From: Bdellovibrionota bacterium FG-2
GTDB taxonomy: Bacteria; Bdellovibrionota; UBA1018
NCBI GenBank assembly: GCA_051382305.1
Contig: JBBCAV010000159.1
Location: 1 to 23,770, forward strand
DNA: 23,770 nt
Direction of reading: 5' to 3'
A program made the position numbers and the translations under genes. Under the pieces are notes generated by a model. It searched no databases. It had not been told where the DNA came from and worked only from the letters and a program-made list of their open reading frames with translations. Of this stretch, positions 1 to 8,446 are shown in pieces (within the stretch, counting starts at the first letter, position 1; every line of letters begins with the position of its first letter).

Positions 1-32
1 TCCCATCATCATATGGGCCCAAAACGGCTATC

Positions 33-317
33 TTAAAGCAGCCTTTCGTACAGCCCCCCTTGGATCTTCGGGGACTTGGTCTGCATCTGTTTTAGAAACC
101 GCTGGGTCGGTTCGATCGGTTCGATTGGTTCGATGATGAGCGCTGTCGGAGAAGGATTGGTATTAGGGGTGTCAATTCGACCTGCCGGCGGATCCGCAGG
201 CTTTGGAATCAAGCTTGGTATTTGATCCAGAGGCAACTTTGCGCCGCATCCTTGTAGGAGGATCGGTAGTAGGTGCATCAAGACAAAAGCGGTACTAAAA
301 AAGAAACGATTCTTCAT
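33..317 (-). CDS. Putative lipoprotein, Pro-rich N-terminus; may be frameshifted and continue off the left edge
   Basis: MKNR, a hydrophobic stretch and an LQGC lipobox; GGGGA upstream of the ATG; Pro-rich linker with IEP x3. An alternative frame after the C6 run at 54-59 stays open to base 1. Confidence 0.6.
   Translation of the reverse strand: MKNRFFFSTAFVLMHLLPILLQGCGAKLPLDQIPSLIPKPADPPAGRIDTPNTNPSPTALIIEPIEPIEPTQRFLKQMQTKSPKIQGGLYERLL
109..135. repeat. 3 x 9-bp tandem repeat (GGTTCGATH) encoding IEP-IEP-IEP on the minus strand
   Basis: ggttcgatc ggttcgatt ggttcgatg read directly. Confidence 0.85.
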
Positions 318-515
318 AAGACATCCCCATCCATGGAGTTCTTTGCGGAGTTGGCTGTACTACATCCTGTAGTTCCTAAATTCTATCCTGCCATTGTAAC
401 TTGAAAGACTGCCCTAGGGAAAGGGTCAAAATCTGCTTTGGGGGCTTCTCATCGGTCCTTATTGGTGCAAGAATGGGTGCAATCTGTGCATAGGACACGA
501 ACTCAAGGAGGGGTT

Positions 516-2147
516 ATGAAGTCTACCATTCTCAATCGCGCGGCCTTTTTTTGGCTTTTTTCAATCATTTTGGTTTCCACTCTTGGGTTTAGTCAAGCTC
601 CTGAAGCCGTTCCCGGCGAATACCTGATTCGACTCAAGGAGACACGGGGGGTTCAGCTTGCAGCACTGCGTTCATTGAATACTCAGCTTGGGGTTGAGGC
701 GCGTTCCGAATTTCGGATCTTTAAACAGTTTCAAGTGATTCGTTTGCCAGAGAATCTTCGTACGGGCTTGGCTTTGAGCAATACGCTTTCACGCTATGAA
801 CAAAGCGGACTCATTCAATACATTGAACCTAATTTTATTTATCATGCGTCAGGAAATGTCTTAGAAACGGCCCTGGATCCCATGTTCGATCAGCAGTGGG
901 GTTTGAAGATCACGGATGCGCAGCGCGCGTGGGATATTTCAAAGGGCGACAAGAATGTGGTGGTCGCGGTCATAGACACGGGCGTGGATCTTACTCATCC
1001 CGATCTGGCTGATAATATCTGGACGAACCCGGGAGAAGTTCCCGCGGGCGGTGTTAGCGGTGCTGATGGTATTGACAATGATGGAAACGGATTCATCGAC
1101 GACCTGCATGGCTGGAATTTCTACAGCAAAAATGCAAATCCCAATGATGATATGGGGCACGGAACGCATTGCGCGGGCGTGATTGCGGGGGGGCACAATG
1201 GTGTAGGCATGATGGGGATTGCACCTAATGTCAGAATTATGCCGGTGAAGTTTTTGGGCGCTGGTGGGGATGGGACTTTAGAAAATGGCATCCTCGCCAC
1301 CGAATACGCGATGCTTAATCACGCTGACATCATGAGCAATAGCTGGGGTGGGGACGGATTCTCGAAAGCGTTTTTTGAGGTGATTGAAGAAACGAATAAG
1401 CGCGGGATCGTCTATGTCGCGGCCGCGGGAAACGATCATAACAATAATGATACGGAGCCGACCTATCCTGCGAGTTATCAGCTGCCCAATATTATTTCGG
1501 TTGCGGCAACCGATAGCAAAGATGACGTGACTATTTTCACGAGCTGGGGTCCGACGAGTGTTCATCTTGCGGCACCGGGGCTTAATATTTGGAGTGCATT
1601 TAAGAACGGAAAATACAAGAGCATGAGTGGGACGTCGATGGCGTGTCCTCACGTCGCGGGCGCTGCCGCTTTGCTCAAGAGCGCGCAAGGCTTAAGTGCG
1701 GTTGAAATCAAAGAACGGTTGATGGGGACCGTTGATTTTCGATTTGCCTTGCAAGGCCGCGTGGCGAGTGGGGGCAGGCTCAACCTTTATAATGCGTTGA
1801 TGAATATCCATACCCCTGTGGTTTCCGATCCCGAAAACTGGCAGCATTTTTCCTATTCAGTAGAGTCTCCTCATCCTTATCCACCGCTTGCTAATTTGAC
1901 TTGGACGATCTCACATCCCGGGGCAAAGTTTATCAAAGTGCATTTTGGTAATTTGATTACGGCTGAGAAAATGGATGGCGTGATTATTCGCGGGGCCGAT
2001 GGCCGGTTCATCGAATCCTTTAATCGCAATCAGGGCGCGGTTTGGAGCAGGCCTATTGAAGGCGATATGTTGGAGATCAGTCTGCGCTCGGACTCGTTGA
2101 ACGAGGCGTTTGGTTTTCAAATTGATTCGTACGCCGTTCGTGAGTAG
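516..2147 (+). CDS. Secreted S8 (subtilisin-like) serine peptidase with propeptide and C-terminal CUB-like domain
   Basis: Catalytic motifs VIDTG (Asp), HGTHCAG (His), AAGN (oxyanion Asn) and GTSMACP (Ser). Signal peptide starts at ATG 516, preceded by AAGGAGG. The C-terminal ESPHPY...WTI...IKVHF...SD...GF pattern is CUB-like. Confidence 0.93.
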   Translation: MKSTILNRAAFFWLFSIILVSTLGFSQAPEAVPGEYLIRLKETRGVQLAALRSLNTQLGVEARSEFRIFKQFQVIRLPENLRTGLALSNTLSRYEQSGLIQYIEPNFIYHASGNVLETALDPMFDQQWGLKITDAQRAWDISKGDKNVVVAVIDTGVDLTHPDLADNIWTNPGEVPAGGVSGADGIDNDGNGFIDDLHGWNFYSKNANPNDDMGHGTHCAGVIAGGHNGVGMMGIAPNVRIMPVKFLGAGGDGTLENGILATEYAMLNHADIMSNSWGGDGFSKAFFEVIEETNKRGIVYVAAAGNDHNNNDTEPTYPASYQLPNIISVAATDSKDDVTIFTSWGPTSVHLAAPGLNIWSAFKNGKYKSMSGTSMACPHVAGAAALLKSAQGLSAVEIKERLMGTVDFRFALQGRVASGGRLNLYNALMNIHTPVVSDPENWQHFSYSVESPHPYPPLANLTWTISHPGAKFIKVHFGNLITAEKMDGVIIRGADGRFIESFNRNQGAVWSRPIEGDMLEISLRSDSLNEAFGFQIDSYAVRE

Positions 2148-2188
2148 AGGGCGGTACTCTCAGTTGAATTCCTAGGGAGGGGATTTCG

Positions 2189-3232
2189 ATGAAATCATCT
2201 TTTTACTGTGCTTTATTTTTTCTGTTTTCCTTTAGTACTAATGTGAGTGCGGTTGGAAGTCCTTTGATGGGTCAGTGGGAGAAAATTCCAGTTCCGGGGG
2301 CCGTCTGTGGAGATGGCGCGCCTTATTCGATGTATTTCCGCAAAGGAAATCCCGAGAAGGTCGCCCTCTATTTTATGGGCGGAGGTGCGTGCTGGAGTCT
2401 TGATACGTGTGTGGGGCCCACGCCACTGACGAATATTTTTGAGATTATTCCCTTGGATCAAGCCGGAGGAATTCTCTCAACGGATCAAACGAAGAGTCCG
2501 ATTTTCGATTATTCGGTCGCGTATTTTCCCTATTGCACTGGGGACGTTTTCTTGGGGCAACATACGGTGGAGTACGCTCCTGGCGTGACGGTGCATCATC
2601 AGGGCATTGATCAGGTGAAGAGAAGTTTGCAGGTGATCGCAGATCAGAAGATCATGGATCTTCCCGCTTCTCGTGAGGTGGTACTTTACGGAGTTTCCGC
2701 TGGGGCGATTGCTTTGATGTACCATATTCAAAGTGTCAAAGATATCTTGGGTCCTCCTCATGCGGGTCAGAAACGCATCATGATTGCCGATGCCCCAGGG
2801 CTTCATTTTGGTTCAAAATTTTGGGATAAGTTTTCTGACGAATATGTGGCGGATTTTTCCGATGCGCTTTCGCATGTGGGTCGAAGTGTCGAGCACGGAG
2901 AGGGGAATCTGTCCTGGATCGTTCCTCGCGTGTGTGCAAAGCATCCTGATTTTAAAATTGGTATTCTTCAAGGCTCCCGCGATTGGGTGATGTCCCGTCT
3001 TTTCGGAGATATCTCGATGCGCGATCATGAGGCGCTGGTCTATGGTGACAAGGGCGTTTTTGAGGAGACGTTAAATGGCAGTGATAACTGCTCAGCGTGG
3101 GTACCTCAGACGATGGAGCACACCTTTTTGGGCACGGATATAACTTCTGAATTCAAAACCTCGGATGGCACGAATGCTCGCGACTTTTCGTTTCAGCTCG
3201 TGTTGGGGAATGGGAAGCGGAATTATAAGTAG
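2189..3232 (+). CDS. Secreted pectinacetylesterase-family (alpha/beta hydrolase) protein
   Basis: Signal peptide; C-x-DG, GGGACW, PYCTGD and G-V-S-A-G nucleophile elbow; GGAGG RBS. Confidence 0.88.
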   Translation: MKSSFYCALFFLFSFSTNVSAVGSPLMGQWEKIPVPGAVCGDGAPYSMYFRKGNPEKVALYFMGGGACWSLDTCVGPTPLTNIFEIIPLDQAGGILSTDQTKSPIFDYSVAYFPYCTGDVFLGQHTVEYAPGVTVHHQGIDQVKRSLQVIADQKIMDLPASREVVLYGVSAGAIALMYHIQSVKDILGPPHAGQKRIMIADAPGLHFGSKFWDKFSDEYVADFSDALSHVGRSVEHGEGNLSWIVPRVCAKHPDFKIGILQGSRDWVMSRLFGDISMRDHEALVYGDKGVFEETLNGSDNCSAWVPQTMEHTFLGTDITSEFKTSDGTNARDFSFQLVLGNGKRNYK

Positions 3233-4522
3233 TCATAACTCTAACAAACGCTCTACTAATGAACAGATTCTAGTCCCACCGATCTCTATTGTTTTTTGGT
3301 TTGGCTCGTTCCATCGATAGACCCACACCTCACCTCTGGGATAGGTCGTGATGGGCCGAACCTCGCTTAGGGAAGGCATGCTGAGTTTGACTTCGACCGC
3401 AGGTAGGTCGGCCTGAAACGGAAGAACAAAATCGATTTCTCCACCGTGGGCTTCATCATAATAGAATACAAAGTTCTTTTTGCGAAGTTCTGAGGCCACC
3501 ACGTTTTCAACGAGCAGTCCTTTCTTGCTGGGCTCTTCGATTTGGGCTTTGAGCCAATCGGGATTTAGGCGTCCTTGTTGGGCATAGGAAACCAGCGCAT
3601 GCATTACGAGGGGATCCAAGAAGTAGAACTTCTTCTCCTTTTTGAGGATTCCCCCTTTGGTTTTTGGATTGAAGCGCTCCTCTGTGAGTAAGGTGTAGCA
3701 ACCTTCTAGAATTTCGATGTACTGACGGATGATGGGATGAGAACCGGCATCGACCATTTTTGAGATCGCGTGATAGCTGGTTTTTTGTGTGAGATTGATC
3801 CAAATTCTTTCGCTTAGGGCCGCCGTGAGGCGAGGAGATCGATGCTTGCGGCTTGCCTCACCCAAAACTACGTCCAATAGTTCTTGCAGCCAATCGGTTG
3901 AACACGATTCTCGCGTGAGACACTCAGAGACGGAGGTGGGATAGCCGCCCCAACGCAAAAATTTTTCGAATGACTGCGAAGGTGCGGACTCAGGGACTTT
4001 TGCATTCAGGGCATGATAAAACTCTTTGAAAGAAAGCGGAAGCAGTTCTACGTCCCGAAGCACCAAGCCCTTTCCTCTGCGCCCCGGCAGAAGCTCTCCG
4101 GAGTGTTTAAGCGCGAAGGCGTTGGAGCCTGTAATCCACACGCAGGCTTCTTCAATTTTTCCTTCATCAGCAAAGATTTTTAGGGCGCGTTCCCAATCTT
4201 GCGGCGCGGTCACTTCATCAATAAAGAGAATACATTTCTCAAAGGGCGCAATCGCCTGATAAAGTTCTTTCCAATTCTCGAAACGTTCAGCATCCAAATA
4301 GACAACGTCTTTGCCAGCTACTTGATTGGAGTTAAGAAGCTCCTGAATCCAGAGCTTAAACTGTGTTGATTTCCCGATTCGCCGCGGTCCTAGCAGCGTG
4401 TGTATTCCGGGGGTGGGATCGAAGACTAAACTGGCTCTCTTATAGGGCTGAAGATGATACTTCTTGAGATGGGGATCTGAGTGGGCCCAACTTGGAGAAT
4501 GGAGCCATGATTGGGTGATCAT
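3233..4522 (-). CDS. AAA+ ATPase (AAA_14-like) with C-terminal DUF4143/PD-(D/E)xK-like domain
   Basis: Walker A GPRRIGKS, Walker B LFIDE, ITGS, GGYP, KFYFLD, ENVVASEL, EIDFV...VEVK. ATG 4522 is preferred over TTG 4579. Confidence 0.9.
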   Translation of the reverse strand: MITQSWLHSPSWAHSDPHLKKYHLQPYKRASLVFDPTPGIHTLLGPRRIGKSTQFKLWIQELLNSNQVAGKDVVYLDAERFENWKELYQAIAPFEKCILFIDEVTAPQDWERALKIFADEGKIEEACVWITGSNAFALKHSGELLPGRRGKGLVLRDVELLPLSFKEFYHALNAKVPESAPSQSFEKFLRWGGYPTSVSECLTRESCSTDWLQELLDVVLGEASRKHRSPRLTAALSERIWINLTQKTSYHAISKMVDAGSHPIIRQYIEILEGCYTLLTEERFNPKTKGGILKKEKKFYFLDPLVMHALVSYAQQGRLNPDWLKAQIEEPSKKGLLVENVVASELRKKNFVFYYDEAHGGEIDFVLPFQADLPAVEVKLSMPSLSEVRPITTYPRGEVWVYRWNEPNQKTIEIGGTRICSLVERLLEL

Positions 4523-4590
4523 GGCTCCATTGTAACCTGTTCTAGCACTACTTTCAATGGTTGAATATATTGTGCTCAATCCTTGAAGGC

Positions 4591-4703
4591 CTTGTTATTC
4601 CTGCGGAAACTTCGCAAAACTCAGTGGAAATCCTACTGTGAACCCTACGCTATGGGAAGCAAACGGGCTATCATTTATGCTCTTATCCCAGGCAATGTAG
4701 TTG
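4591..4703 (-). pseudogene. Diverged copy of the 3' end of the gene at 6083-7441
   Basis: Ungapped match to 6073-6185 with 15 mismatches in 113 nt (hand count); the stop codon TAG has become CAG. Confidence 0.9.
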
Positions 4704-4990
4704 CTTCTCGTGAGGTGGTCCTTTACGGGGTTTCCGCCGAGGCGATTGCGCTTATGTATTATATTCAAAGTGTCAAAGATATCTTGGCTCTCCTCATACG
4801 GGTCAGAAGCGAATTATGATTTCCGATGCGCTTTCGCATGAGGGAAGAAGTGTCGCGCACGGAGAGGGGAATTTGTCTTGGATCTTTCCTCGTGTGTGTG
4901 CAAAGCATCCTGATTTTGAGATTGGTATTCTTCAAGGCACTCGCGATTGGGTGATGTCTCGACTTTTCGGAGATATCTCGATGCGTGATC
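4703..4990 (+). pseudogene. Diverged internal fragment of the pectinacetylesterase-like gene
   Basis: Matches 2666-3026 with a 1-nt deletion and a 72-nt deletion between CCGATGC direct repeats (2787-2793 and 2859-2865); GVSAG has become GVSAE. Confidence 0.92.
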
Positions 4991-5066
4991 GCGATAGTAA
5001 GCGCGATACCCATCGCTGGCATCCGTTGTTTACATAAGGCTACGCACGGATGTTGCTGCTACGTCT

Positions 5067-5405
5067 TTAAGTCACTCTCTTTTTAGTTTTCCTAACTGTG
5101 ACATTCACCTTGGTTTCTGCGCCAAGGCGATGTAGATAGTCGACAAGCTTATCAATGCTCATTCGTGAAATCTTCCCTAAGAGCAGTTCACTAATTCTGG
5201 GCTGGGGTTGATCTAGTATTTTTTCCAAGTCGCGCTGCTTGTAGCCACGTGCTTTAGCAATCTTTTGGATGGAGCTTAAAAGGTCAGCCTTAATCCTCAA
5301 AGCCGCGCTTTCGGTTTTATTAAAGCCAAGATCTTCGAAGATGTTGCCCGTCGTTACGTGGGATGGTGAGCTGGGTTTTTCGTCTTGTACAATGTTTGGT
5401 TTCAT
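5067..5405 (-). CDS. XRE-family HTH antitoxin translated from an internal start
   Basis: GGAGG lies 8 nt upstream of an in-frame ATG at 5405 (MKPNIV...); the HTH domain is complete downstream. Confidence 0.75.
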   Translation of the reverse strand: MKPNIVQDEKPSSPSHVTTGNIFEDLGFNKTESAALRIKADLLSSIQKIAKARGYKQRDLEKILDQPQPRISELLLGKISRMSIDKLVDYLHRLGAETKVNVTVRKTKKRVT

Positions 5406-5732
5406 TTTTTTTTCCTCCGCTAGTCTTGCGCGAACTCTTTTTAGCCTAAGCTTTGCTGTCTCAATGTCTGGCTTGCTCGTCTTACGGGTCTTTTTCTCAA
5501 AGCAATGAAGAATATAGAGCGTGTCCGCAACTTTGGAGAAATAGATCACACGGTACCAGGTGCGATCATCGGACTCTCGTAACTCGTACACACCGGGTCC
5601 ACTCGAAGTCATGGACTTAAAGTCATCGGGCCTGTCACCAAGTTGAAGCTTGTAGATTTGAAACCCAAGATCACGCTTCACATCATCAGGGAATCGACAG
5701 AGGGCTTTTATGGAATCCCCCTCCCAGACCAC
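5067..5732 (-). CDS. Type II TA module: RelE/ParE-superfamily (Gp49/DUF891-like) toxin fused in frame to an XRE/HTH antitoxin
   Basis: Toxin part: G.QIYKLQLG..P.DFK.M...G.GVYELR, YRVIY, ILHCFEKKTRKT. Antitoxin part: GNIFEDLGF, Q..L..IL...QPRISEL..GK...SIDKL..YL..LG. The true toxin start may lie slightly upstream of GTG 5732. Confidence 0.88.
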   Translation of the reverse strand: MVWEGDSIKALCRFPDDVKRDLGFQIYKLQLGDRPDDFKSMTSSGPGVYELRESDDRTWYRVIYFSKVADTLYILHCFEKKTRKTSKPDIETAKLRLKRVRARLAEEKKMKPNIVQDEKPSSPSHVTTGNIFEDLGFNKTESAALRIKADLLSSIQKIAKARGYKQRDLEKILDQPQPRISELLLGKISRMSIDKLVDYLHRLGAETKVNVTVRKTKKRVT

Positions 5733-5783
5733 CCTTGCTAGCTTTGCCTGATCATTGCTGATTAAGAGGAGTAACCGAGGTAA

Positions 5784-5822
5784 TATACGCTATATGGTAT
5801 ACACTTTAATGCATAATGTCAA
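5784..5822 (-). promoter_or_regulatory. Sigma70-type promoter and palindromic operator of the TA module
   Basis: Minus strand TTGACA (5822-5817), 17 nt, TACCAT (5799-5794). Inverted repeat TATAC-N8-GTATA at 5784-5801 overlaps the -10. Confidence 0.75.
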
Positions 5823-6001
5823 TCTGTATTTTAGTTAGACCCCTGACGAAGAAACGAGAAACCTCCTTTTAAAAATTAGCAAAGAATATCCTTCTCGAGA
5901 GGCGCTTCAGGGTGAAGGTGTAATTATTTCTATCAAAAAAGGAATCCTGGGATTAGCAGCGACATGGTCCATCCAGCGCCACTGGGTTGCGCCAGAAAGA
6001 A

Positions 6002-6071
6002 AAGGCATGCTGAGGTTGGCTTCGACCGAAGGCAATTCGGCCTGAAGCGGGAGAACAAAATCGATTTCTCC
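6002..6071 (-). pseudogene. Diverged 70-nt fragment of the AAA ATPase gene
   Basis: Ungapped match to 3373-3442 with 8 mismatches in 70 nt; encodes GEIDFVLPLQAELPSVEANLSMP versus GEIDFVLPFQADLPAVEVKLSMP. Confidence 0.88.
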
Positions 6072-6082
6072 TCTTGCTATTG

Positions 6083-7441
6083 CTACAAGAACCTTGCGAA
6101 ACTCAGCGGAAACCCTACTGTGAGCCCCACGCTATGGGAAGCAAACGGGCTATCATTTATGTTCTCATCCCAGGCAATGTAGTTGAACTCGCCAAAAAGC
6201 TGCGACGAGCCCCATCGGAGCCAAACATTTGTATATGATTTCCCAGAAATTTGCGGGTAAAGAAATCCACCCAACATAAGATTGCGGCCGCGTGCGAGAA
6301 AATCAGAAACGACGACCTCCATGCCCTGCGGCGCTCCAGCGCGCAGATAATATTTGCCCCCGGATTTGAAGCCGATGAAGTGGCCGCCCAACATGAGGTT
6401 GATTGTAACGCGCTTATCAAGGATGCGGCCGTACTCTGTGCTAAGATAGACCCCAAGGTCCGTGTTTCCGCGCGAGCTCGCGTGGCTTGCGCCAAACAAA
6501 ACCATGCGCATGGATTCGGTGATAAAATAGGAAAGATAGAGTGTTGGAAAAAGGGTCCAGGTCGAAAAGTCTTCGCCCGCACCCGAAAAAGAATAGGAGT
6601 AAGGCCCAACGCCCAAGGCGATGTTTCCGCGCTGCCAGCGATCCATGGCAAAGTAGGAAAGGGTGAAATCCGTTTGATTTTTGTCTAGCCGTATGGTGCC
6701 CGGCGCCGCGCGAAGTCTGAGTGTCCATATGGAGTCTGAGGTTTGCGCTGTAGGTTGGCCTCCGATGTTTACGGTTTCACCCACGCCGTCCCAAAAAACA
6801 AAAAGTTCCAGGCCCTGCGTGCGATGGCTCGAAGATTCGATTTCGGCAAATCGGCAGCCAATGAAAACCCACTGCTGCGGTTGAAATCGAGCGATTTTTG
6901 CATTCAACCCATAGCGAGAGCAGGTGTGATCCAATAGGATGTAAGGAGGTTTCAGGGCATCTCGGGGTGTGAATTTAACGAACGCGCGCACGGATTCTCG
7001 TTTTTTGCCAACAATCCAGCTCAAATCGATGGGATTTTTGGGACCTGAGATCAACGCAACGGGAATAAAAGCTTTGCCCCCCGAGGTTTGAATTTCAAAG
7101 GCTTGAGTTCCTCCACCCGTTTGGACTCGACCACTTTCGGCGCCATCTACTTCGATGGCAAGGCGTGCGCGAGGCAGGACGAGAATTTCGCTTACGCGTA
7201 CCCATTGGATGCTTCCCGTTTCAATGAATGCACGGACGCCTGCTGGAGGCGAATTCTCCCACTCAATTGAAAAGTCGGCGGCCTGAAAGTCGATGGGGGC
7301 AAAAGCTGTGGGTACGGATTCGGAAAGAAGATTTGCAATGACAGAGTTCGGCAGTGCAAGGGGCACCGCGTGGGCCTGGGGAAGAACCAAGGCGAAAACG
7401 ACGGGCCAAGCAATAAGCAAAGTAACAAGAAACCTTATCAA
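6083..7441 (-). CDS. Exported hypothetical protein; C-terminal part resembles an outer-membrane beta-barrel
   Basis: 452-aa ORF; AAGGAGG upstream of the TTG start; signal peptide ending AHA; C-terminal ~180 aa of alternating hydrophobic/aromatic strands, ending VGLTVGFPLSFARFL. Confidence 0.75.
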   Translation of the reverse strand: MIRFLVTLLIAWPVVFALVLPQAHAVPLALPNSVIANLLSESVPTAFAPIDFQAADFSIEWENSPPAGVRAFIETGSIQWVRVSEILVLPRARLAIEVDGAESGRVQTGGGTQAFEIQTSGGKAFIPVALISGPKNPIDLSWIVGKKRESVRAFVKFTPRDALKPPYILLDHTCSRYGLNAKIARFQPQQWVFIGCRFAEIESSSHRTQGLELFVFWDGVGETVNIGGQPTAQTSDSIWTLRLRAAPGTIRLDKNQTDFTLSYFAMDRWQRGNIALGVGPYSYSFSGAGEDFSTWTLFPTLYLSYFITESMRMVLFGASHASSRGNTDLGVYLSTEYGRILDKRVTINLMLGGHFIGFKSGGKYYLRAGAPQGMEVVVSDFLARGRNLMLGGFLYPQISGKSYTNVWLRWGSSQLFGEFNYIAWDENINDSPFASHSVGLTVGFPLSFARFL

Positions 7442-7493
7442 TCAAAATCCTCCTTTCGATAATCTCAGTTTACCACTATTCTATAGAAGTCAC

Positions 7494-8408
7494 ATGGGAT
7501 CTCAAAATACACCTCTGGTTATTGCGGCTCTAATTCTTGTTCAAGTGCTTTTCGGGGTGAACTACGTCGTTTCAAAAATGGTGGTGGGGGTTTTTCCGCC
7601 GCTGCTGTGGGCGAGTCTTCGAATTATTATTTCCTCAGGGTTGATGGTTGGGGTTGCGCTTGCGCTGAAACGAAAACACCCGACGATGGATCGTCATTTT
7701 TTTGGCCCTCTTGTGGGTTTGGCGCTGTTGGGAACAGTGATTAATCAAAGCTCGTTTTTGGTGGGGTTGCACTACACGACGCCGACGAATAGCGCGATTC
7801 TCAATACGATGATTCCGATATTTACGTTGATGGTTGTGACGCTGCGAAGGCAAGAGCCCTTTACCATTTTCAAAGGGGTGGGTTTTGTCTTTGCCTTCAG
7901 TGGTGTTTTGATTCTTCGAAAAATCGAGCATTTTACGTTGTCGGATAGGACCGTGGTGGGTGATCTTCTCACGCTCTTGAATTGTTTGAGTTACGCCCTT
8001 TTTCTTTCGTATGGAAGAAAATTTCTACAAACCCATGACCGTATTTGGACGACCTGTTGGCTCTTCATGTATGGCAGCGTCGGTCTGGGTGTATTGGCGC
8101 TTCCAGATTGGGTCCATTTTGAAGCTCCGACGCTTACTGGGGCATTGTGGGCGAGTATGGTTTTTGCGATTCTCGGGGGAACGCTTGTCACTTATTTCCT
8201 AAATAACTGGGCTCTTGCGAAAGCCTCCTCTTCGTCGGTGGCGCTCTTTATTTATCTGCAACCCGTTGTGGCAAGCGTTTTGGCCTGGGTCTGGCTGGGG
8301 GAAACCGTCACGCTTAGGACGTTTCTATCAAGCCTATTGGTCTTTATAGGGGTTCTTATAGCTCTTGTTGGACCCTCCTTTGGACCGGCGTTGAAACGAC
8401 GCACTTAA
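7494..8408 (+). CDS. DMT/EamA-family transporter
   Basis: About 10 hydrophobic helices in two EamA-like repeats (GVNYVVSK, GLHYTTPTNSAIL, YLQPVVASVLAW..LGE). ATG 7494 is chosen because the upstream extension overlaps the divergent gene. Confidence 0.92.
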   Translation: MGSQNTPLVIAALILVQVLFGVNYVVSKMVVGVFPPLLWASLRIIISSGLMVGVALALKRKHPTMDRHFFGPLVGLALLGTVINQSSFLVGLHYTTPTNSAILNTMIPIFTLMVVTLRRQEPFTIFKGVGFVFAFSGVLILRKIEHFTLSDRTVVGDLLTLLNCLSYALFLSYGRKFLQTHDRIWTTCWLFMYGSVGLGVLALPDWVHFEAPTLTGALWASMVFAILGGTLVTYFLNNWALAKASSSSVALFIYLQPVVASVLAWVWLGETVTLRTFLSSLLVFIGVLIALVGPSFGPALKRRT

Positions 8409-8446
8409 GGTGATAGGGGTGAGACACTACTAAGGAGTGACTCACA

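Noticed and set aside
4583..5037. ORF-track proteins 4583-4819 and 4816-5037 as real genes
   Set aside because: They are chimeric read-throughs of the pseudogene fragments, partly antisense to the gene X copy.
2666..6185. Diversity-generating retroelement template/variable repeat pairs
   Set aside because: Mismatches are not adenine-specific, the copies carry deletions and cover three different genes in syntenic order, and there is no reverse transcriptase in the window.
7293..7493. N-terminal extension of the EamA ORF
   Set aside because: It overlaps the divergent gene and its RBS; the transporter fold starts at ATG 7494.
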